Below are positions 56,132 to 64,000 of a DNA stretch of 64,000 nt, piece after piece. The position numbers and the translations under genes were made by a program. The notes under the pieces are model-generated. The model ran no database searches. It saw only the letters and a list, made by a program, of their open reading frames with translations, and was not told where the DNA came from. Numbering within the stretch: the first letter of the stretch is position 1; every line of letters starts with the position of its first letter. Origin of the DNA: Phaeosaccion multiseriatum (Eukaryota > Protista > Ochrophyta, other classes); contig OZ218958.1 of the NCBI GenBank assembly GCA_965112735.1, positions 1,550,001-1,614,000 of the forward strand, read 5' to 3'.

Positions 56132-57125
56132 CAAGAGGCGATGAGATCACAGGTAGTAGTCCAGTGGTCCAGTTCGGGCGTCGTTTCACCACAGAAAATA
56201 GGCGCAGTATGAGCAAGCAACAGCCCCCTTCCCACGGCGCACGACCCAATCACCCGTACCGCGCACACCAGCCGGGCCGCGGGCTGGGCGGGCGCCGTCG
56301 AGTGGAGCTCGGCGTAACGGGGATGGACACGGTAATTGGGGGGAGCTCCCGGCCCATCCACACACCACCCCTCCACAGACCCCACAACAAGCCCCTTCAC
56401 CCCGCTCCAGCCAGCCAGCCCCCCCTCCCCCCTCACTCCGTTTAAGCCATCCCCCCCACTGGGCCTTGCCGCGCGGCAGCCGCGCCATGCAAAAAAAATC
56501 CACCTGGCGGTTATCTCGTTCTCCTCTCCTGCCCTCTCGGCGCTCTCGACTCACCTGCTTGCGCTCCTTGTAGATGACGGCCCGCCACTTGCCCTCTCTC
56601 GTCACACACACGCCCCGGTAGACCGACTTGCCCTTCCTGCCCCGCCGGCGGTGCGGGTTGCGCGTCTTGGTGGTGGATACGCTGAGCACACGAGGAGGGA
56701 CTGCAGCAGCACCGCGGGAAGAGTCTGGCGCAGCAAAGGAAAGCGCGCAGCGCAGGGACACCGAGGTCAGCTTCACACGCACAAGAGGTCCAAACCAAGC
56801 CCGAGCCCCTGCTCGCCGCATTCACAAGCGCGCAAGCAGCCCTCTATTCCGGCCCTCCTAAAACCTCTTCAACAAAAAAAACAAACGCAAAGGGACCCTG
56901 CGATACGTATCCCCTCGCACCTGTCGCTGTGAGCACCGGCGAACCGGCTACTGCCGCTGCCGGAGAGGCCGGCGTGGTGAAGGGCAAGGGGGCGAGGCTA
57001 CCCTCGTAGTTGAGCACCCTCCCAGTCTCGGTCTTACGCTTCTTTGACGGGCGGGGCAAGGTTCCTAGGGCGCCGCCGGCCAGAGCTATGGGAAATGGCA
57101 GCAGCGTTTGCTCGAGAGAAGTCAT
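55329..57125 (-). CDS. AP2/ERF-domain transcription factor (single AP2 domain)
   Basis: Exons 57125-56921, 56724-56555 and 56081-55329 give SVYRGVCVTREGKWRAVIYKERKQ|LYLGVYESETEAAKAHDNAARKHFGSNAMVNFP. NLS-like PSKKRK. Additional 5' exons are possible. Confidence 0.9.
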
Positions 57126-58124
57126 GATCCACCCTACCCCTACTCAGCTGCTACCCTAGGCACTAATGGCTGGTCTGATCGCCCTTGGATCGTCTCTCTC
57201 CTCTGCTACCTCGCAATGCCCCCAGAAAAAAAAGAAAAAAAAAAAAAAAAGACAGAAAATAAAACAAAACTGAAATTGTTTGGACAGATGGCGTTGTACC
57301 TTGTGTACGTACACAAGGGTTGACGCTGACGTTGCGGTTTTCGCGGGGCGGAGGTGGCGGTGGCGGTGGCGGAGCGAGGAGGGGGCTCTCTGCCCTGTGG
57401 CGGCCCCGCCCTCGCCACTGCACTGCTACCACCGGGGAAGGTCTCTCGTTCTCTCTTCCTTTTTTTTTTTTTTTTTTTTTTTTTGCCCCTCCGACCCGGC
57501 CCGGGAGGGCGGAGCCCGCGAGGGCGGAGGGCTCCGAGTCCCGGATCGGATGCATCTGATCCATGCTTCGAAAGCACCCTGCTGGTCCAAACAACAACCA
57601 CATGCTTGGAAATTCCTCCGCCTATCGAAAAAAAAAAAAATCGTATCTAGCCCGCACCGGGCAGCTGCCAGCACCAAAAGTTTTTTAAACTGGGAGGGGA
57701 GACGATCGAGAGAGTGCGTGTGCTGTGGCAAACACCGTGGTGGTTTGAGTTTGTTGTTAACCTTTACAATCCTTCCCCCAATTCCGTCCACCACCTGCGA
57801 CCACAACCCTTCCCACAGATGTCAGATGTCGACGATCGTCTGGATTCCAACATGCCTACAGCACCTGTGACGCCCCGCAACACCAGGGCTCAGCCTGCGT
57901 TGGGGTTGCTGAAACGACCGACACCCAGCTCATGTACAGTATGGTCTTCTTAGTCTCACCAACACGCAAGGTCCATACCCCGAGTTCCGTCGGGGGGGGG
58001 GGGCGCGTGAAAGGGAGCCTCTGAGGTTCGAACCCCCCCCCCCAAACCACCTTGCTGCTGCTGCTGACTGCGGCGAGTGGTGGGTGCGATGATGAGCACA
58101 AACATGAGCTCAGTGGACTCTCGC

Positions 58125-58895
58125 TCAGTTCACTGCCGCAGGCGGGGGGGCACCCCCCCCGCTACCGCCGCCGCTGCCGCCGCCCCCCCGGCCCCCTCCG
58201 GTGAAGAACGACAGCAACAGGCTGAAGATGGACGAGTCGCTAAGGGCGGCCATGGCCCCCCGCTGCATGCCCTCCCGCATGAGGCCCTTGACCTTGGCTT
58301 TGGCATCCTTACTGCACTTGGTGTAACCGACAATGTTGGCCGTGCTTAGCGTGAGTGCGGTGGACACAATGATGAGCCACTCCAGCTCCAGCTTGAGCGC
58401 CCCTACAAAGAAGAGGGCACCCCACACCAGCGGAGCGGCGTAGAGCGCCAACCAAAACAGCTTGGAGTCTGATGGCTTAATCTCTTCCATGTTTTCCAGT
58501 GACTCAAACACCCACTCGTTGGTGCCGTCTTCCTTCACCGTGCTCCACCACCGCAGCCCCACCATTAGCCGTCCCGTAATGTTCTTGACGGTCCAAAAGT
58601 CAAAGGCCAGGAGCAGGATGATGCACACGCACAGAAAGACAAAGTTGCTGGAGAAAAGGCTGCCAAACAGATACACGGCAATGGCGGCCGCCTTGAACAC
58701 AATGTGGAAAAACGCAGCCACCGGGTGGTTCGAGTTCCGAATGAAGCCGAGCTGCCCGCCGCCGTTCGCCCCGCTGGTGCCCGGCACGCCCGCATCAAAG
58801 CCGGAGTCAAAGCCCCCCCCACCCCCTGCGGCCCGGCCCCCCGCGCCCCCGTGCTCCACCACGTTGATAAACTCCAGCTCGTCCTTGTCCGCCAT
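58125..58895 (-). CDS. TVP23: Golgi membrane protein TVP23/FAM18 family, intronless CDS
   Basis: HPVAAFFHIVFK, LLAFDFWTVKNITGRLMVGLRWW, WVFES, ANIVGYTKC. Confidence 0.95.
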   Translation of the reverse strand: MADKDELEFINVVEHGGAGGRAAGGGGGFDSGFDAGVPGTSGANGGGQLGFIRNSNHPVAAFFHIVFKAAAIAVYLFGSLFSSNFVFLCVCIILLLAFDFWTVKNITGRLMVGLRWWSTVKEDGTNEWVFESLENMEEIKPSDSKLFWLALYAAPLVWGALFFVGALKLELEWLIIVSTALTLSTANIVGYTKCSKDAKAKVKGLMREGMQRGAMAALSDSSIFSLLLSFFTGGGRGGGGSGGGSGGGAPPPAAVN

Positions 58896-59281
58896 TGGCA
58901 AGTCGCGCGGCGGCAGCGGGCCAACGTGCAAGAGTGCAGACGGCCTGCCTGCCTGCCTGCCTTCCTGCCTGCCCGCTGCCTGCTGTAGGGACTCTCTCTC
59001 TCTCTGCCAGAGAGCGAAGGAGAGAGATGCAAACACAAGAGTGGGAGAAAGAAGAGAGGCAACAAGGAGTGGAGAAAGCGAACACAGTGAGGCGCGGATG
59101 TACCGCAGGGCCGAGAACATGCTTCCCGACCTGTCGGTATTCCAAGCAGACTCTGACTGGTAACCCGAGACTGGCAGCACACTCCAAGACGGACGAGTCG
59201 CCAACCCCCTCGAGGCTCGGGGAAGGGACGGGCCTGCTTTACAGCATAGCCTCTCGATCCTCTCGTGGTAGTGCCGTTGAG

Positions 59282-62200
59282 ATGAGGCTATACGCCAAGC
59301 TCGTAGCCTTCATCAATCCCTCCTTTTACATACCTCTCTTCTCTCCTCCTCCCCAAGCTCAGCCCAGAGTTCTTCCGCGGGGCGGCGTCTCAGGTGTCAG
59401 CGACAGAGCCTCCCTGACGCTCCGACAAACTGCTGCTCCTGATTCTGCTGACGCTGAGTTGATATTGGGGTGGAGGAGGGTCTTCTACTAGTGTGTGTGT
59501 GTTGGGTGTTGTCCAAAGGAGAAGTTCCCGTCCCCGTCCGCTTCGACCACGAGTTGAGTGTTTCTGCCGAGGGGTGTATCAGCAGATGGCACTCACTGCA
59601 CACATTCCCCTTGATTCCTCTCCCCTCTCCTCTCCTCTTCTTAGGGACTAGTCTCATGCCTGCTGCGCCGGAGGAAGATGCGGTGGCTGCCTGCTCATCG
59701 CTCTCTACTCTGGCCGTGCAATGGCTGGATCCGGAAATGGGCATCCTGGAGGTTGCAATTAATCGCCCTGCCCGATCAAACGCAATGTACGTGCAGAGAG
59801 GAGAGTGCGCTTGCCCCTTATACATTTCCCGCTCGCAAAAAGTGGTGGCGGCTCACAGTCCTCGCTCCTCCTCCTCCTCCTCCTCCTCCTCCTCCTCCTC
59901 CTCCTCCTCCTCCTCCTCCTCCTCGCTCCTCCTCCTCCTCCTCCTCCTCCTCCTCCTCCTCCTCCTCCTCCTCCTCCTCCTCCTCCTCCTCCTCCTCCTC
60001 CTCCTCCTCCTCCTCCTCCTCCTCCTCCTCCTCCTCCTCCTCCTCCTCCTCCTCCTCCTCCTCCTCCTCCTCCTCCTCCTCCTCCTCCTCCTCCTCCTCC
60101 TCCTCCTCCTCCTCCTCCTCCTCCTCCTCCTCCTCCTCCTCCTCCTCCTCCTCCTCCTCCTCCTCCTCCTCCTCCTCCTCCTCCTCCTCCTCCTCCTCCT
60201 CCTCCTCCTCCTCCTCCTCCTCCTCCTCCTCCTCCTCCTCCTCCTCCTCCTCCTCCTCCTCCTCCTCCTCCTCCTCCTCCTCCTCCTCCTCCTCCTCCTC
60301 CTCCTCCTCCTCCTCCTCCTCCTCCTCCTCCTCCTCCTCCTCCTCCTCCTCCTCTCTCTCTCCTCCTCCTCTCTCTCTCTCACACACACTCACTCACTCT
60401 CTCCTCCTTTTTTTCTCCTCCCTCACTCTCTCTCTCGCTTGCAACCTCCCATGTCTACGCACCAGGAACAAGGCTTTCTGGGTAGAGATGAGGGAGTCAT
60501 TTGCGAGGATAGGCTTAGACCGAAGAGTGCGGGTTGTTGTCCTTTCAGGTAAGGCCAGAAGACGCCATTGCTCCTCGTGCTTCCCGGCCTCTCGTGTTGT
60601 ATCTCACGCTCTCCTCACTCCTCCTGCCCTCGCTTGCCGGGCCGCATGATGCTGATGATTTGCGGCGGCACAAGCAGGGCGGGGAAAGAACTTCTCCGCC
60701 GGACTTGACTTGCAGGACACCGAGCTCTCTGGACCTGGACACGGCTCCTCCACTCCCAAGAGCGCGGGTAGAAAGAGAAGCAGAACCACCAGCACCACCA
60801 CCACCACGACCAGCAGCAGCAGCAGGAGCAGCGATGACAGCAGCTCCTCCTGCGTGGCTCGAAGGGCCTTCAAGTGGCGAGCGGTGGCGTCTGCCATGCA
60901 GGAGTCCTTCACTGCCATGACCCGTCTCCCCGTACCCGTCATTGCTGCGGTGCACGGGGCGGCCATCGGAGGAGCCGTCGACATGATTACCGCTGCTGAT
61001 ATCCGCCTCTGTGCCCCCTGCGCCAGCTTTTCCGTCAAAGGTGAGAGGCAGACAGAGGGAGAGAGGGACACACACACACGCACAGAGAGAGAGAGAGAGG
61101 GGGGGGGGGAGAGAGAAGGGGGAGGGGTGGAGAGGGAAGACGAGAGTGGGCTGTGCGTGCGTGCGTGTGTGCGTGCGTGTCAAGACCCTCCCGTATGGTG
61201 TGTGTGTGTGTGCAGCACGGTGGAAGCACAAGAGAGAATTCCCGTGTTTTCTCACTCTAGAACTGTCTACCCCCGTACGCACCCACCCCGCCTCCTTGCG
61301 TGCAGAGGTGCAGATCGGTCTCGCCGCTGACGTGGGCACACTACAACGCCTTCCCAAGGTCGTGGGGAACAACTCTTGGGTGCGCTACGTGTGTCTGACA
61401 GGTGCGTGTAGAGGGGTGGTACGAGACCTACTCGGTTGGCTGGAGTGTTCACAAGAGTCTTGATGACGTAGACACTTACGTATGATGACGTAGACACGTT
61501 ACGTGTGGTAAAAAGACTTGTATGCAGTGCAAACGGCAAGTGGTGGGAAAGTGTATAACGGAAGGGGAGAAGGGAAAGAAAAGAAAAAACGTCTCTCATT
61601 TCCTCTCATTTCCCTGTTTGTTTAGCCAACGCTTTCTCTTTTTGCATGGAGTACAACTATAGTCACTGAACAACCTCGCATGCTCCTCCCCTCCCACCCC
61701 ATCTACACCCGTCGTGGTGTGTGCGAGCAGGAGTGACTTTCGGGGCCGCAGAGGCTTTGCAACACGGCCTTGTGTCTCATGTGTGCCAAGAGGGAGGAAG
61801 AGAGGCGGTGGTGAGGGCCGCCCTGGAGGTGGCGAGGAGAATCGCGGCACACAGCCCCGTTGCCGTTTATGGGACGAAGGTGCGAAGGGAACAGACGACC
61901 GACGGAGGGGGAGGGAGGGGAGGGGAGGGGAGGGGAGGGGAGGGTGAGGGGAGGGGGAGGGGGAGGGGAGGGGGAGGGGGAGGGGAGGGGAAGGGAGGGG
62001 AGGGGGGGGGGAGGGGAGGGGAGGGGAAGGGAGGGGAAGGGGGAGGGAGAGAGGGGAGGGGTGAGAACGGAGGGGAGGGCAGAGGAAGGGAGAGGGAGGG
62101 GAAGGGCAGGGAAGGGAGAGGAGGGGCACGGCGTGTTCAATGTGCTTCTATAATATATCGCTGCGTGCCTATCGCAGTGACTAGTGGCAGCATTATCCTC

Positions 62201-62549
62201 CCTCTTTTTCTCTCTCTCCTCCCCCTACCTGTCCTTTCCTATGCTGTCCTGTCCATCTGTGTGCACTCACACTTCTTTTTTCTCCTATGCCCACCTCCCT
62301 TCCAAGTCTCTAACTGCAACAATCCCTTTCTCTGTCCCCCCCCCTCCCCCCCTCCCCCCCCCTCTCTCTCTCTCTGTCCCTCTCTCTCTCCTACTACAGC
62401 ACAACCTCAACTACAGCCAAGACCACTCCGTAGCCGATGGGCTTGACTACATCGCCACTTGGAACGGCGCCGCTCTGCAGACGGAGGACATTCAACGCAG
62501 CGTCACGGGCTTTTTAACCAAGAAGACCCCGCTCTTCTCCAAGCTCTGA
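59282..62549 (+). CDS. ECH1: Delta(3,5)-delta(2,4)-dienoyl-CoA isomerase (crotonase family) with PTS1; the start could instead be 59656
   Basis: INRPARSNAMN, VVVLSGRGKNFSAGLDL, PVIAAVHGAAIGGAVDMITAADIR, EVQIGLAADVGTLQRLPKVVGN, LNYSQDHSVADGLDYIATWN, terminal SKL. Confidence 0.93.
59865..60355 (+). repeat. (CCT)n microsatellite, about 490 bp
   Basis: Nearly perfect run in an ECH1 intron. Confidence 0.98.
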
Positions 62550-63585
62550 GCGTGCGAGCGTGCGAGCGTGTGTGCGTGTGTGCGTGTGTGCGTGCGTGCG
62601 TGCGTGCGTGGAGACTAAGGACTGACCGCGGAGCATGAGGCACCAGGGTGACCCCGCTCTTTTCCAAGCCGTGTGCGAGCGTGCGTGTGTGCGTGCGTGT
62701 TTGCGTGCATGCTTTCACTCGCTTGGAAGAGACGGGAGACGGGACCCCTCCGCCCGCCTACTACGGCCTCGCCGCACATGCGTATGTATATTCATGTCTT
62801 CATGCCTTCCTGCCCGCCCCCTCTCGAGCACTTGTGGGTTGACAGTTACGTGTTGAGTTTCACGAACTGAAACCGCTGGATGGGCCATAAGGATCCGCCG
62901 GCGGATGACCCATCCATACCTTCAGAGCCTCAGTAGTATGGAAGACCGGGGTAGGAAGAGCAAGAGCAAGAACAACAGGACCTCTGCCGGCAGGGGGGCA
63001 GCGGACGGACGAGGTTCCCGAGGCGTGAGGTTCAGTTGAGGCGGACTCTCTTTGGAGGTACAGCACTTGGTGGTACAGCAGAAACAACAGCAGGGGGGAA
63101 TGCGAAGGTGCGAACCGCCCCTCGGCGAGCACACAGCTGGTGTATGATAGAGAGTGGACATACGTCAAGGAGGAGTAGTGTGTAGGATGACAGTAGGGGA
63201 AAACTCAACAGGAATAGGGTATAGGATGTAGGCAAGTTCAAGGTCGAGGAGGAGGGGATTGAGCTGCTGAAAGGAGGCCGCCTGAGGGAAGTCTCTGTTG
63301 ACTCGGGTGGCGCGTTCATTAACGGAGCGTTAATTCATGAAACTGAAACTTCCATGCATATCCACCCGAGAGCAAGATCCGAGCAAGGCCCATAATGTCG
63401 GGTCGGAAACCCTCGACCCGTTAGGTCAAAGATCGGTCAAATCAATCAGAGGATAGAAAGGGCTCGGCTGTGCTGAAGGACAGAGGGTTTGTAGAGCTGG
63501 AAAAAACACGCGGAAGCCACAGACAGAGGAGTAGAGCGCGAGGACGCTGACATTATCAAAGGGACACTGATTGCGCACTACAATC

Positions 63586-63968
63586 ATGGCGTCCGAAGGT
63601 GAGGCCTGATGTGTGCGAGTTATCGATATCCTCGTAGGCAGTAGAAAAGAGAGGATCCCCGTGCCTTGGAGCCATACTCTCGCTTAAGAGGTTGTTCCAT
63701 TACATCCCTGCCGTCGCCCTCCTCTCCCCCCTAAACGAGATGCATGCCCGCTCATCTTGACCATTCCCACCCACGGCTATCCTCGTGTGCATATCGGTGG
63801 GCTGCACTGTCGTCATCTGGCGACAGGCAAGGAAGAGTTCCAGGGATGTCATGGGGAGAAGGGTGTGGAAGGAGAGGAGAACGTCGCCCCCATGCGCCTC
63901 ATGGCTCTGTTTCTCAAGGCCGTCACTGAAGGCAGGATGAGCGAAGCGCTGGGATTGGCCACCACAGG
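63586..63968 (+). CDS. 5' end of an unknown gene (partial)
   Basis: ATCATGGCGTCCGAAG|GTGAGG, then CAG|GCAAGG gives MASEGKEEFQGCHGEKG...LATT|GTGCGG; runs off the window. Confidence 0.5.
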
Positions 63969-64000
63969 TGCGGAGGCTTTAGTGGAAGTGGGATAAGGGA

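Noticed and set aside
62860-63319. Small minus-strand gene (MNAPPEST…)
   Set aside because: No recognisable domain, and I could not build a convincing splice model

Overview
Eukaryotic, intron-rich nuclear DNA full of microsatellites. It probably comes from a flagellated stramenopile alga; this is inferred from a CFAP53-like ciliary gene, a single-AP2 transcription factor and (GGGA)n/(CCCT)n introns, and the taxon cannot be proven from the window. Most six-frame ORFs are repeat artefacts, so genes were spliced by hand using GT/GC-AG sites and phase continuity. About 12 genes were found: a MORN+LRR protein (-, partial), a large LRR-IQ-EF-hand protein (+), a Pro/Thr-stalk membrane protein (-), an unknown protein (-), Sec14/CRAL-TRIO (+), CFAP53-like (-), a DHHC palmitoyltransferase (+), a FYVE-C2-TM protein (+), an AP2 factor (-), TVP23 (-), ECH1 with PTS1 (+), and a partial gene at the right edge. 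The most unusual signals are non-genic. (1) A small set of short fixed motifs (GTTGGTGATAC, GATGGCAGTGGATGG, GGCATATGGGCAG) sits after splice donors in one orientation and before acceptors as the reverse complement, and also appears in exons. (2) Local duplications recurrently copy exon/intron boundaries, each with a period divisible by 3. (3) There is a 317-bp near-perfect intergenic hairpin. (4) The catalytic DHHC motif lies on a 14-nt microexon. No rRNA, tRNA, CRISPR or autonomous transposon was seen.
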